Counted from the first letter of the stretch, positions 38,460 through 48,308 are shown. The stretch: DNA of 64,000 nucleotides from Nitrospirae bacterium JdFR-86 (GCA_002011815.1 MTOV01000004.1:41872-105871); one strand, 5' to 3'. Made by a program: numbers and translations. The notes: generated by a model from the letters alone, not told the origin.

Positions 38460-39055
38460 GCCTTACCCCTGCTGTCTGATTTTAACCTTTTCATTGCATC
38501 TATCACGGCACGGGTTATGTCCTCGTCATTGCTGTTCACTGTTATAGGGTCTCCGAATTTCACAATAACCTTTGCCGGTCTTATGAACCATGCACCGACT
38601 GGAAGCGCCCTGTCAGTGCCCTCTATAAGAGCAGGAACAACGCTTGCACCGCTCATTCTGGCAAGCAGTTCCACACCTCTTTTTACGTCGTTTATTTCGC
38701 CTCCACTGCGTCTGCCTCCCTCTGGAAACATCACAATAAGCTGTCCTTCTTTCAGCCTTCTTACTGCTTCTTTTATGGTTGACGGCTGCGGTCTTCCGCG
38801 CCTGACAGGAAATGAAAACGCCCTTACGAAGCGACCAAGCAACGGCACCTTAAATAATCCTTCCTTTGCCATGAATGTGGCACGCCTCTTTAAAGCCACG
38901 CCAATCAGAGGCGGGTCAAGATAACTCGAGTGGTTGGCAGCCACTATAACACCGCCTTTTTCAGGGACTTTCTCTGCGGAAAAAACTTCAAGCCTGTTAA
39001 ATATCTTAAACCCTATATAAAAAAGGAATTTAAAAAAATTGTACCAGCTTTTCAT
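38456..39055 (-). CDS. plsC: 1-acyl-sn-glycerol-3-phosphate acyltransferase
   Basis: The acyltransferase motifs AANHSSYLDP and FPEGGRS-like (MFPEGGRRSGG) are present. Confidence 0.85.
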   Translation of the reverse strand: MKSWYNFFKFLFYIGFKIFNRLEVFSAEKVPEKGGVIVAANHSSYLDPPLIGVALKRRATFMAKEGLFKVPLLGRFVRAFSFPVRRGRPQPSTIKEAVRRLKEGQLIVMFPEGGRRSGGEINDVKRGVELLARMSGASVVPALIEGTDRALPVGAWFIRPAKVIVKFGDPITVNSNDEDITRAVIDAMKRLKSDSRGKA

Positions 39056-39708
39056 TCTTCCGTTTTCACGGCTCTAAGTACTTTTTTTATAACCTCCTCT
39101 ATGGACAAATCAGATGAATCTATAAAAATTGCATCCTCTGCTTTCTTAAGTGGAGCGACATCCCGGGAGGAATCCCTCCTGTCCCTTGCAATAACATCCT
39201 CACGTGCCTTTTCCATACTGACAGGTATACCGTTTTTCTGAAGCTGCAGATACCGCCTTTTTACCCTCGCTTCAACTGATGCATCAATATAGAATTTCCT
39301 CCATGCATCCGGGAAAACCACTGTAGTCATATCCCTGCCTTCTGCCACAAGGTTATCGTTTGCTGCAGCGTTTCTCTGCACAGGGAGCAAAAAATCCCTT
39401 ACAGGTTTTCTTGCAGAAAACACAGAGGAATAATGTCCTATCTCAGTAGTCCTTATCTCTGTCGAGACATCCTCTCCGTCAAGAAATACCTTACCTCCAG
39501 AGAAGCGAACCGATATCTTATTCAACGCCTCAATGAGACGTTCATCGCTGTCATCAGGCTTTATGCCTTGTCTTACCAGTCCCAAAGCCACAGCCCTATA
39601 CAGTGCTCCTGTGTCAAGATATTTAAAGCCGAGCATCTCTGAAAGCATCTTTGCCACTGTGCTCTTGCCTGCACCTGAGGGTCCGTCTATTGCTATAACC
39701 CTGCCCAT
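39052..39708 (-). CDS. cmk: Cytidylate kinase
   Basis: IAIDGPSGAGKSTVAK...YLDTGALYRA is present. Confidence 0.95.
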   Translation of the reverse strand: MGRVIAIDGPSGAGKSTVAKMLSEMLGFKYLDTGALYRAVALGLVRQGIKPDDSDERLIEALNKISVRFSGGKVFLDGEDVSTEIRTTEIGHYSSVFSARKPVRDFLLPVQRNAAANDNLVAEGRDMTTVVFPDAWRKFYIDASVEARVKRRYLQLQKNGIPVSMEKAREDVIARDRRDSSRDVAPLKKAEDAIFIDSSDLSIEEVIKKVLRAVKTEE

Positions 39709-40988
39709 TATCCAGTCAGCTCCTTTAGAGTGCTGAAAAATTCAGGATACGATATGTTCACTGCCTCTGCATTGTGTATGGTTGTCTTCCCATGAGCTGT
39801 CAGTGCAGCTATGGAAAAAGCCATTGCTATTCTGTGATCTCCATAGGTTTCAATATCCGCGCCTTTAAGTGTGGCACTTCCTTTTATGCTCAAGCCGTCA
39901 TCGTATTCTTCGACCTCAGCACCCATTTTTCTGAGCCCTTCTGCCATGGCTTTAATCCTGTCAGACTCCTTCACTCTTAATTCCCCTGCTCCTTTAATAG
40001 TCGTAACGCCTTCTGCCTGAGAGGCGACAACGCAAAGCACAGGAAATTCATCTATAAGCGAGGGGATTGTCTCTGCACCTATGTCTATTGCCCTGAGTTC
40101 TGAATATTTGCAGTAGAGGTCAGCCACAGGCTCGCCTGAAACCTCCCTTGTATTCTCTACACTTATATTTGCTCCCATTTCCTGAAGAACATTAAGAAAT
40201 CCTGCTCTCGTGGGATTTATACCCACGGACTTTACAGTCAAATCCGAATCTTTTACCAGAAGTGCTGCAGCGATAAAAAACGCTGCTGACGAGAAGTCTC
40301 CGGGCACATCAACCTCGATGCCTTCAAGTTCTATTCCGCCTTTAACCCGTATGCTGAGACCACTAACATCTACATCCGCTCCATATGAAGGGAGCATCCT
40401 TTCCGTATGGTCGCGGGATTTCACAGGCTCAATCACTTCAGTAACGCCGTCGGCATAAAGCCCTGCAAGCAATATCGCTGATTTCACCTGTGCGCTTGCA
40501 ATCGGCATCTCGTATCTTATTGGATTAAGTCCGCCTCCTCTCACAGCAATAGGAGGATAACTGTCATCCTGCCTTGCCATTATCTGTGCTCCCATCTGCC
40601 TTAAAGGTTTTATCACCCTGCCCATGGGTCTTGTCCTTAATGACTCATCACCTGTAAGCACAGAAAAGAACGGATTTCCTGAAAGAACTCCTGTAAGAAG
40701 CCTCATCGTAGTGCCTGAATTCCCGCAATCAATAACAGAAACAGGCTCTTTAAGACCAAAACGCCCTTTGCCTTCTATGATTACCTCTTTGTCTTCACTT
40801 ATGTCCACCCCAAGTGTCCTGAATGCATTAAGGGTGCTCAACGTATCAGCTGCTTTTAGTAGATTTCTTATAATGCTTTTGCCCTTTGCTATCGAGGACA
40901 GCATTATTGCCCTGTGAGAAATGGACTTATCAGGAGGAGAGATTATTTCACCTTTAAGCCTTGAGGCTTTATTTATCTCAATTTTCAA
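39708..40988 (-). CDS. aroA: 3-phosphoshikimate 1-carboxyvinyltransferase (EPSP synthase)
   Basis: Motifs are PPDKSISHRAIML, LDCGNSGTTMRLL, LRTRPMGR and DHRIAMAF. Confidence 0.95.
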   Translation of the reverse strand: MKIEINKASRLKGEIISPPDKSISHRAIMLSSIAKGKSIIRNLLKAADTLSTLNAFRTLGVDISEDKEVIIEGKGRFGLKEPVSVIDCGNSGTTMRLLTGVLSGNPFFSVLTGDESLRTRPMGRVIKPLRQMGAQIMARQDDSYPPIAVRGGGLNPIRYEMPIASAQVKSAILLAGLYADGVTEVIEPVKSRDHTERMLPSYGADVDVSGLSIRVKGGIELEGIEVDVPGDFSSAAFFIAAALLVKDSDLTVKSVGINPTRAGFLNVLQEMGANISVENTREVSGEPVADLYCKYSELRAIDIGAETIPSLIDEFPVLCVVASQAEGVTTIKGAGELRVKESDRIKAMAEGLRKMGAEVEEYDDGLSIKGSATLKGADIETYGDHRIAMAFSIAALTAHGKTTIHNAEAVNISYPEFFSTLKELTG

Positions 40989-41829
40989 TGCTTTCCCTCA
41001 GTGCCCGAGCTTTGCTGAATGCCTCTCTGAGACACTCTGAATCACTTGTCTTAAGGCACAGACTTAATTTATCTATATTAACTTTAAAGAGTTCTATAAA
41101 CTTCAAAAGGTTTTCTCTGTTAAGGAGACTTATATCGCACCAGATATCAGGTGAACTTGAGGCTATCCTTGTCGTATCCTTAAAGCCCTGCCCTGCAAAC
41201 CTGAGATAAGATGCATCTATATCAGCCACGGTATTGACCAGTGCATAGGCAACAAGATGAGGAACATGGCTGACAAGTCCGTATATTCTGTCGTGCTCTT
41301 CAGGGGTCATTATCTCAACGATTGAGCCGAATGTTCTCCAGATTTCTGCGATTTTTTCAACAGCGTTGTCATCGGACTTTTCCGTTCTTGTTATGACACA
41401 CAATGCGCCGTTGAAGAGTTCTCCTGTCGAAGCATCAACACCTGAGCGCTCACTGCCTGCTATTGGATGACACCCCACAAAGCGCACTCCGTCAGGCATA
41501 AGAGCTTCCATTTCATAGAGGAGATCTCCCTTTACGCTGCCGACATCAATAACTATAGCGCCGTTTTTCAATGATTCTTTTATCTCAGCAGCAAGGGATG
41601 TAAACTTTCCAACAGGTGTGGCAAAGACCACGAGGTCAGAGCCCTCACATGCTTTTTTGGCGTTCATCTCATAGGAGTCAATTATTGCCCTTTCCTTTGC
41701 CTTAATGAGGTTGCTTTCTGTTCTTCCATAACCTGTCACATGAGTGCACAGTGCATGTTTTTTCATTGCGAGGGCAAAAGACGCACCTATGAGTCCGACG
41801 CCGAGTATGGTTATTTTTTCAAATCCCAC
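40978..41829 (-). CDS. tyrA: Prephenate dehydrogenase
   Basis: The Rossmann motif ILGVGLIGASFA is followed by GCHPIAGSE. Confidence 0.85.
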   Translation of the reverse strand: MGFEKITILGVGLIGASFALAMKKHALCTHVTGYGRTESNLIKAKERAIIDSYEMNAKKACEGSDLVVFATPVGKFTSLAAEIKESLKNGAIVIDVGSVKGDLLYEMEALMPDGVRFVGCHPIAGSERSGVDASTGELFNGALCVITRTEKSDDNAVEKIAEIWRTFGSIVEIMTPEEHDRIYGLVSHVPHLVAYALVNTVADIDASYLRFAGQGFKDTTRIASSSPDIWCDISLLNRENLLKFIELFKVNIDKLSLCLKTSDSECLREAFSKARALRESIEN

Positions 41830-42855
41830 TTATATCTCCCTTCCGACCGCCTTTGCTATAGGCTGAAGTTCGGACATAAGCTGCTCGAATGCATCCGGTT
41901 TTAAAGACTGTTCTCCGTCTGAGAGTGCTTCTTCAGGTTTGGTGTGCACTTCTATAAGGAGTCCGTCAGCGCCTGCTGCCACTGCTGCCTTTGCCATTGG
42001 AGAGACAAGGTTCCATTTACCTACACCATGGCTGGGGTCTACGATTACAGGCAGGTGAGTCAACTGCTTAAGAACAGGAACAGCACTTAAATCAAGAGTG
42101 TTTCTCGTAGCGGTCTCAAACGTCCTTATGCCTCTTTCGCAGAGAATCACCTTGTGGTTGCCGCGGGACATTATATACTCTGCTGCCATAAGCCATTCCT
42201 TTATGGTTGCAGAAAGCCCTCTCTTCAAAATGACAGGCTTGTCACTTAAGCCTATCTCAAGAAGCAGTCTGAAGTTCTGCATATTCCTTGCGCCGACCTG
42301 AATTATATCTGCATATTTCTGGACAACCTCCAGGTCTCTTGGATCCATCAGTTCTGTTACAACAGGAAGCCCTGTTCTTTCCCTTGCCTCTGCAAGATAC
42401 TTAAGCCCTTCTTCACCAAGCCCCTGAAACGAATAAGGCGATGTGCGGGGTTTGAATGCACCGCCTCTTATAAACGATGCACCTGCTTTTTTTACTTTCT
42501 CGGCAATGCTCATCAGGGTTCTTTTGTTCTCCACTGCACACGGACCGGCAATCACACATATCTTTTTACCGCCTATACGGGTTCCTCTTACATTTATATG
42601 TGTATCGGTCTTTTTAAACTCCCTGCTTGCAAGCTTGTAAGGCCTGAGAATTCTCATTACATTCTCAACGCCTTCCATTGCGCGGACGGAGTCTTCCTCT
42701 TCTTCTGTTATCTTCGAGGTGTCTCCTATTACTCCTATGATGGTTCTCTCCGTCCCCTTGGAAACGTTAGCCTTAAGCCCCCAACCCTCAAGTTTCTTAA
42801 TGATATGTTTAAGATGCGATTCTTTTGCATCAGGTTTTAAAACAATTATATCCAT
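41830..42855 (-). CDS. aroF: 3-deoxy-7-phosphoheptulonate (DAHP) synthase, type I-beta with N-terminal ferredoxin-like regulatory domain
   Basis: The product is collinear with the Thermotoga-type DAHPS architecture: MDIIVLKP..., [27 protein letters not shown]. Confidence 0.85.
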   Translation of the reverse strand: MDIIVLKPDAKESHLKHIIKKLEGWGLKANVSKGTERTIIGVIGDTSKITEEEEDSVRAMEGVENVMRILRPYKLASREFKKTDTHINVRGTRIGGKKICVIAGPCAVENKRTLMSIAEKVKKAGASFIRGGAFKPRTSPYSFQGLGEEGLKYLAEARERTGLPVVTELMDPRDLEVVQKYADIIQVGARNMQNFRLLLEIGLSDKPVILKRGLSATIKEWLMAAEYIMSRGNHKVILCERGIRTFETATRNTLDLSAVPVLKQLTHLPVIVDPSHGVGKWNLVSPMAKAAVAAGADGLLIEVHTKPEEALSDGEQSLKPDAFEQLMSELQPIAKAVGREI

Positions 42856-42875
42856 TGGTCTCTCCCCTCTATGTT

Positions 42876-43949
42876 TTATTTTATGACTGTCCTCAAGGCC
42901 TCTATAAACCTTTTGTTTTCCTCCGGCAGTCCCACAGTAACCCTTATTGCCTGCGGTCCCATAGGTCTGACTATAACGCCCTGTCTTAAAAGTGCCTCAT
43001 ACACTGCCTGCGAATCATTTATAACAATATATATAAAATTAGCCTCTGTAGGGACAAACTCAATCCCTAAGGACTTAAACTCACTGTAAAGATAACGCTT
43101 GCCCTGTTCGTTTATCTCCCTGGAATATTTGAGGTGTTCCCTGTCATCCAATGCGCCGAGTGCAGCAGCCTGTGCAAGAGAATTTGCATTAAAAGGCTCT
43201 CTTATTTTATTCATCTCATTTATTATATCCTTCTTTGCTATGCCGTAGCCAATCCTGAGCCCGGCAAGACCGTATATCTTTGAAAATGTCCTCAGGATAA
43301 GGACATCCCTGCCTGCCCTGAAGTGTTTAACACTGTCTGCATATTCAGGATTAGTGACATATTCATAATATGCTTCATCCACTACGACAAGTACGTGGTC
43401 GGGAAGCCGTTGCATGAGTCTGTCGAATTCCTCTTTTGTATTTATAGTGCCTGTAGGGTTGTTCGGATTCGCTATAAAGAGCATGCGTGTCTTTTCTGTA
43501 ACAGCATCAGCCATGCTTTCGAGGTCGTGCCTGAAATCTTTAAGTGGTATCTCTATTGCCTTTGCGCCTTGTGCCATGACAGCCATGGCATAAACCACGA
43601 AAGAGGGCTTAGCCATTACTGCCTCATCACCGGGTGTAAGGAACGTCCGCACGGCAATGTCTATTAATTCATTAGAGCCGTTTCCCAGTATCAGTTCGTC
43701 TTCATCCACATCAAGCATCCCGGACAGCTTCTTTTTAAGATAATACCCCCCGCCGTCAGGATATCTGTTAAGGCTTTCGATGCTGCCCTTCAAGGCATTG
43801 ATGGCTTTTTGGGAAGGTCCAACCGGGTTTTCATTGGATGCGAGCTTTACAGAGTTTTTTATTCCGAGCTCTCGTTCAAGCTCTTCTATGGGTTTACCCG
43901 GTACATACGGCTTTATGGCTGAGACATATTCCGGCGGTCTTATCATCAA
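42876..43949 (-). CDS. hisC: Histidinol-phosphate/aromatic aminotransferase
   Basis: Motifs are [19 protein letters not shown] and [16 protein letters not shown]. It is embedded in an aromatic amino-acid cluster. Confidence 0.85.
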   Translation of the reverse strand: MMIRPPEYVSAIKPYVPGKPIEELERELGIKNSVKLASNENPVGPSQKAINALKGSIESLNRYPDGGGYYLKKKLSGMLDVDEDELILGNGSNELIDIAVRTFLTPGDEAVMAKPSFVVYAMAVMAQGAKAIEIPLKDFRHDLESMADAVTEKTRMLFIANPNNPTGTINTKEEFDRLMQRLPDHVLVVVDEAYYEYVTNPEYADSVKHFRAGRDVLILRTFSKIYGLAGLRIGYGIAKKDIINEMNKIREPFNANSLAQAAALGALDDREHLKYSREINEQGKRYLYSEFKSLGIEFVPTEANFIYIVINDSQAVYEALLRQGVIVRPMGPQAIRVTVGLPEENKRFIEALRTVIK

Positions 43950-45013
43950 TCACCGCATGGATAAGAGCCCAGAATCTTAAGGAAAAGGCATTCGTTTTTC
44001 ACTTCCTCGATTGCCTTTTTGAGTTTTCTGCTTTCTATGTGCCCTTCCATGTCAACGAAAAATATATATTCCCATGCTTTCCTTTTCGAGGGTCTGGACT
44101 CTATCTTGGTGAGATTTATTTTCTGCCGTTTAAACGGCGACAGTATGTCATAAAGCGCACCGGGTCTGTCCTTGACAGAAAACATTATGGATGTTTTGTC
44201 CTTGCCTGTCTTGGGAGGGAACTCTTTTGATATAACGAGAAAGCGTGTAAAATTGCGTCTGTTGTCTTCTATATGTTTTTCCACGAAATGGAGGTCATAC
44301 ATTCTTGCTGCAAGCTCACTGGCTATGGCAGCAGCGTCTTTGTCGCGGGAAGCCAGCTCTGCTGCCTTTGCCGTACTTGTGGACTCAAGTACGGGTATTT
44401 CAGGCATATTAGCCTCGAGCCATCTCCGGCACTGGGCAGCAGCCTGTGGATGCGAATATATCTTCTTGATTTTAGACCTGTCCCCGCTCTTTGAAAGCAG
44501 GTTGTGCGAGACCTCAAGCATCACCTCTGCAGCTATCTTCAGGTCGTAGTCTATGAACATATCAAGTGTGTAACTGACAACGCCTTCGCTCGAATTCTCT
44601 ATGGGCACTACCCCGAATTCCGCCTTTCCTGTATCCACTGCCTCGAACACGCCTTTTATGCTTTCAAGAGGAACGAAAGACGCAGATGAGCCAAAATGCC
44701 TGAGTGCCGCAAGATGCGTAAATGTGGCAAGAGGACCAAGACACGCCACCTTAAGCGGCTCTTCCAGAGACAGCGATGCCGAAAGTATCTCCCTGTAGAG
44801 TGTCTTCAAGGCGTCATTCGGAAAAGGTCCTTTATTCAGTCTTGTAAGTCTTTCGATTATCTCCTGCTCTCTTCTTGGGGAATAAAACTTTGCATTCTTC
44901 TTGCGCTTTATGCGGGCGATATCAAGAACAATCCGTGCTCTTCTGTTCAGGGCATCGAGTATCTCCTCGTCAATTGCATCAATCTTTTTCCTTAATTTTT
45001 CAATCTCTTTCAT
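43946..45013 (-). CDS. pheA: Bifunctional chorismate mutase / prephenate dehydratase (P-protein) with ACT domain
   Basis: The N-terminal CM helix is LRKKIDAIDEEILDALNRR. PDT motifs (GVVPIENS, TRF) are present, and the product ends GSYP. Confidence 0.95.
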   Translation of the reverse strand: MKEIEKLRKKIDAIDEEILDALNRRARIVLDIARIKRKKNAKFYSPRREQEIIERLTRLNKGPFPNDALKTLYREILSASLSLEEPLKVACLGPLATFTHLAALRHFGSSASFVPLESIKGVFEAVDTGKAEFGVVPIENSSEGVVSYTLDMFIDYDLKIAAEVMLEVSHNLLSKSGDRSKIKKIYSHPQAAAQCRRWLEANMPEIPVLESTSTAKAAELASRDKDAAAIASELAARMYDLHFVEKHIEDNRRNFTRFLVISKEFPPKTGKDKTSIMFSVKDRPGALYDILSPFKRQKINLTKIESRPSKRKAWEYIFFVDMEGHIESRKLKKAIEEVKNECLFLKILGSYPCGD

Positions 45014-45089
45014 AAACCCATCCTGACTCTAAAGGTTAGTTTATAAGAATACAAATATTTTTCTTAATTTTTCAAGGGTTTTGCCATGC

Positions 45090-45111
45090 AAAAAACCTGC
45101 AGGCAGCCTGC
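45090..45111 (-). terminator. Weak terminator-like hairpin with U6 tract on the minus strand
   Basis: The minus strand reads GCAGG-CUG-CCUGC followed by AGGUUUUUU (plus-strand A-run 45090-45095, stem 45099-45111). It lies upstream of pheA and downstream, in minus-strand sense, of the convergent pair. Confidence 0.35.
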
Positions 45112-45156
45112 GGTGAAATTCACATTTTATTCAAACTCTTGTAGTAAAGTAAAAGT

Positions 45157-45618
45157 ATGAAGAAGAAGTTTAAATATTCAGGTGGAGCTCTAATCGGGTT
45201 TTTGCTCGGTTTTATTATAATTCATCCGTTTTCAATGGTCTTTCAGGATATGGTTCACCCTACGATTAAGCCTGATTTTAAAGCACTTCTCAATGTGTTT
45301 AATCCGCATCATCTTCCTATGGCTTTTTTCTTTGGTCTTCTGGGCGTAATATTCGGAGTCACCATTGTCTTTTATCTTACTGCCCTTACAAAGGAAAGAG
45401 AGCGGGTTAGACTTCTTGAGGAGTTGCTTCCTATCTGTGCTTATTGCAAGAAAATAAGAGATGACACAGGAAAAGAAAAAGGCAAAGGCGAATGGTATGA
45501 GATAGAGCAATATATCTCAAAAAAGACCAACACGGATTTTACACATGGTGTATGTCCTGACTGCTTCAAAAAATTAATAAAAGAACTCGAAGGAGAGGCA
45601 GAACCGCAGGGTTCGTAA
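45157..45618 (+). CDS. 2-TM membrane protein with C-terminal Cys4/His module (CxxCKKIR...W..IE.Y...FTHGxCPxC)
   Basis: Hydrophobic helices lie at about aa 8-30 and 55-77. The C-terminus reads LLPICAYCKKIRDDTGKEKGKGEWYEIEQYISKKTNTDFTHGVCPDCFKKL. Confidence 0.6.
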   Translation: MKKKFKYSGGALIGFLLGFIIIHPFSMVFQDMVHPTIKPDFKALLNVFNPHHLPMAFFFGLLGVIFGVTIVFYLTALTKERERVRLLEELLPICAYCKKIRDDTGKEKGKGEWYEIEQYISKKTNTDFTHGVCPDCFKKLIKELEGEAEPQGS

Positions 45619-45626
45619 TACAGTCT

Positions 45627-46793
45627 TTACGCCCTCTGTTTTGACAGCTCTTCATACATTCTTGCATTGTCTATTGCAATGCCGCAGACCTCGGCAAGTG
45701 AGGCTGCAAAGTGTATTTCCTCTTCGTTAAATTTCCGGTGCACACCTGTCAGCAGCCTGAGCACACCGAGCAGTCTTCCCCTGGCAACTATAGGCAAGGT
45801 AAGCATGCTTTTTATGCCTTCTTCAGCAGCCTCTTTCTGATAAATCACCCTTGGATCAGAAGATACATCATATATAGCCGTTGGTTTTAATTGAAGTGCC
45901 TCCCGGACATTAACCTCTGTATCCACTGGTCCACGGCTTAAGTATTTTTCACTAAGGCCATGAGCAGCAACCAGCAGAAGTTTATCTCCGGTCTCATTCA
46001 GAAGCCTTATGGTGGCAGCCTTAAGGTTCATAACCTCAGGCAGTTTCCTCACTATTAAATTGAGCACCTCTTCGAGCTTCAATGTAGAGCTTACAGCTTT
46101 GGTTACAGCTTCAAACACCCGGAGGTATTCTTTCTCTTTTGAGATTCTTGTCTTAAATATCCTTGCATTGTTGATTGCAATCGCTGCCTGCTCTGCAATT
46201 GCCGCTACAAAATTAAGGTCTTCCTTTGTGTATTTTACAGGCTCTGAAGTATACATCCTGAGAACACCTATTACGTTATTGTCTATTCTCAAAGGGACAG
46301 AAAGAATACTTCTTATGCCTTCTTTTATAGCCTCTTCCTTATACTTAGCCCCCTCATCCCTTGTTATGTCATAGACCGACACTGCCTTTCCTTTTAAGGC
46401 ATCCTCTATGCTTGCATCGCATTCTACAGGACCTTTGTTTACATAACTTTCACTCAGACCGTGAAAGGCGGCAACCTCGAGTTTATTGGTCTCCGTGTCC
46501 AGCAGTCTCAACATGCTCGCCTTTACGTTCATCACTTTAACGACGTTTTTAACGATGAGATTCAGAACCTCATCAAGCGAAAGGCTGGAACTAATCGCCT
46601 TGCAGATGTCCTGATAGCTTTCAAGATACACTTTCTTTTCAAAAATCTTCTCAGCGCACGTAGGACACATGCTGTGCGTGAAGACACCAAAGCCTATGTT
46701 CGTAAGATACTCCTCTATGTTTTCCCAGTTGTCTCTCTCGGTTCTTATCTTCTTGCACCATGAACAAATAGGTATAAGGCTCTTATCAGACAT
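45627..46793 (-). CDS. Tandem-GAF protein with N-terminal Cys4/His module (same module as the 45157 gene)
   Basis: The N-terminus is LIPICSWCKKIRTERDNWENIEEYLTNIGFGVFTHSMCPTCAEKI. Two GAF-like repeats follow (LDEVLNLIV...; LEEVLNLIV...). An SD is present. Confidence 0.7.
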   Translation of the reverse strand: MSDKSLIPICSWCKKIRTERDNWENIEEYLTNIGFGVFTHSMCPTCAEKIFEKKVYLESYQDICKAISSSLSLDEVLNLIVKNVVKVMNVKASMLRLLDTETNKLEVAAFHGLSESYVNKGPVECDASIEDALKGKAVSVYDITRDEGAKYKEEAIKEGIRSILSVPLRIDNNVIGVLRMYTSEPVKYTKEDLNFVAAIAEQAAIAINNARIFKTRISKEKEYLRVFEAVTKAVSSTLKLEEVLNLIVRKLPEVMNLKAATIRLLNETGDKLLLVAAHGLSEKYLSRGPVDTEVNVREALQLKPTAIYDVSSDPRVIYQKEAAEEGIKSMLTLPIVARGRLLGVLRLLTGVHRKFNEEEIHFAASLAEVCGIAIDNARMYEELSKQRA

Positions 46794-46919
46794 AATCCGT
46801 ACTCCACTCCCAAAAAACAGTTATCGTTAATTATACTAATACCAATTTAGCCAGCACAACTCAGAAGGGACCTGTAATCGCCTTCGGCAAAGGAACAGAA
46901 CACCTGCTGTTAAGTTAAG

Positions 46920-46949
46920 TTTACAGTATTTTCTTTAAAATGTTAAAAT
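46920..46949 (+). promoter_or_regulatory. Sigma70 promoter with extended -10 abutting the cooC-like start
   Basis: TTTACA (46920-46925), an 18-nt spacer and TGtTAAAAT (46941-46949). GTG 46958 lies 8 nt downstream. Confidence 0.5.
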
Positions 46950-46957
46950 TTTAAATT

Positions 46958-47740
46958 GTGAAAATAGCGGTCACAGGCAAAGGTGGTGTGGGAAAGACAA
47001 CAATCTCCGCCACATTAAGCCATATCTTTGCAGAGGAAGGGAAGCGGGTACTTGCTGTCGACGCTGACCCTGATGCAAACTTAGCCTCTGCATTCGGAAT
47101 CAGCAGGGAGAAAATCTCAGAGATTAAGCCTATAGCAGAGATGACAGAACTTATAGAGGAACGGACAGGAGCAAAACCCGGAACTTTAGGCGGGATATTC
47201 AGACTCAACCCGAAGGTCGACGACATACCAGAGGAATACGGATACAAGTTCGATGGCATAACCCTGCTTATAACAGGCAGGTCAAAGGAGGCGGCATCAG
47301 GCTGTTATTGTCCTGAAAACGTATTCCTCAGAAGGCTCCTCCGGCATCTTGTAGTCGAAAGGGACGAAGTAGTGATTATTGATATGGAGGCAGGCATCGA
47401 ACACCTGACAAGAGGCACGGCAGAAGCAGTTGACGCATTCGTTGTTGTCGTAGAACCCGGACAGAGAAGCATACAGACTGCGCTGACAGTTAAAGAAATG
47501 GCAAAAAGCCTCGGCGTTAAAAACGTCTTTGTAGCGGCAAACAAGGTCAGGGGCGAGCAGGATGTGAATTTCATAAAACAGGGCATCAAAGACATGATAT
47601 TTATCGGGGCGTTAAGTTATGATGCCTCCATACTTGAGGCTGACATGAAAGGCATCGCACCTTATGAAAACTCCCCTGCCCTTGTTAAAGAAGTTAAGGA
47701 GATGAAAAACAGCCTTGAACAGCACCTTGGAAACAGTTGA
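46958..47740 (+). CDS. cooC: CooC-type Ni-insertion ATPase (CO dehydrogenase maturation factor family)
   Basis: The P-loop MKIAVTGKGGVGKTT and the CooC-type CxC motif (SGCYCPEN) are present. The start codon is GTG. Confidence 0.8.
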   Translation: MKIAVTGKGGVGKTTISATLSHIFAEEGKRVLAVDADPDANLASAFGISREKISEIKPIAEMTELIEERTGAKPGTLGGIFRLNPKVDDIPEEYGYKFDGITLLITGRSKEAASGCYCPENVFLRRLLRHLVVERDEVVIIDMEAGIEHLTRGTAEAVDAFVVVVEPGQRSIQTALTVKEMAKSLGVKNVFVAANKVRGEQDVNFIKQGIKDMIFIGALSYDASILEADMKGIAPYENSPALVKEVKEMKNSLEQHLGNS

Positions 47741-48308
47741 TTTAAAGAGATCAATACGGAGCAATACCCTTAAAAAAAGGGACGCCATACCTCTGCCTGT
47801 AAGGCGGGTAAAGGACTCTGCTATAAAAAACAACTTATTCTCTCTAGCAAAATTTAAAGACGCAGGCAGGATACTCCTTTACGCATCGTTCAGGTCAGAG
47901 GTTGATACCCTAAGAATCATACAGGAGTCCCTGCAGATGGGGAAAAAGGTCATGCTTCCGAAAGTCAAAGACGACACGCTGGAAATATACGAGATTAACA
48001 GTATGGAGGAACTCGCACCCGGTTACATGGGAATCCCTGAGCCTTCTTCCTCCATTGAAAGAGGGATTAATGACGTCGATATGGTTATAATACCTGGTGC
48101 AGCTTTTGACACGAGTGGCTCAAGGCTCGGCTATGGAAAAGGATATTACGACAGACTGCTTTCAGGCGTAAAAGACAAACCACTCGTAGCACTGGCATAC
48201 GAGGAGCAAATTGTTGAGAACATCCCCCGTGAAACACACGATATAGGGGTTGATATTATAATAACCGACAAAAGGATTATAGACTGCCATGGACATAGAA
48301 AAAATTAA
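47715..48308 (+). CDS. 5-formyltetrahydrofolate cyclo-ligase
   Basis: Motifs are [15 protein letters not shown]..., [25 protein letters not shown]. The TTG start overlaps the cooC 3' end, so the exact start is uncertain. Confidence 0.8.
   Translation: MNSTLETVDLKRSIRSNTLKKRDAIPLPVRRVKDSAIKNNLFSLAKFKDAGRILLYASFRSEVDTLRIIQESLQMGKKVMLPKVKDDTLEIYEINSMEELAPGYMGIPEPSSSIERGINDVDMVIIPGAAFDTSGSRLGYGKGYYDRLLSGVKDKPLVALAYEEQIVENIPRETHDIGVDIIITDKRIIDCHGHRKN

Noticed and set aside
38058-38924. 288-aa plus-strand ORF
   Set aside because: It is antisense to ispH and plsC, which both have unmistakable motifs. It has no SD and no recognisable domain, so it is a shadow ORF.
45014-45156. pheL-type leader-peptide attenuator for pheA
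   Set aside because: The only mini-ORFs on the minus strand are ATG-TGA and MAKPLKN, with no Phe codons. The hairpin itself is kept as a separate low-confidence feature.
46794-46957. Possible ZTP/THF-type riboswitch upstream of the cooC-fol operon (contains a GCC-UUCG-GC hairpin)
   Set aside because: None of the conserved ZTP (pfl) or THF motif sequences I recall are present. The best promoter (46920-46949) lies downstream of the hairpin, so it would not be in the leader.
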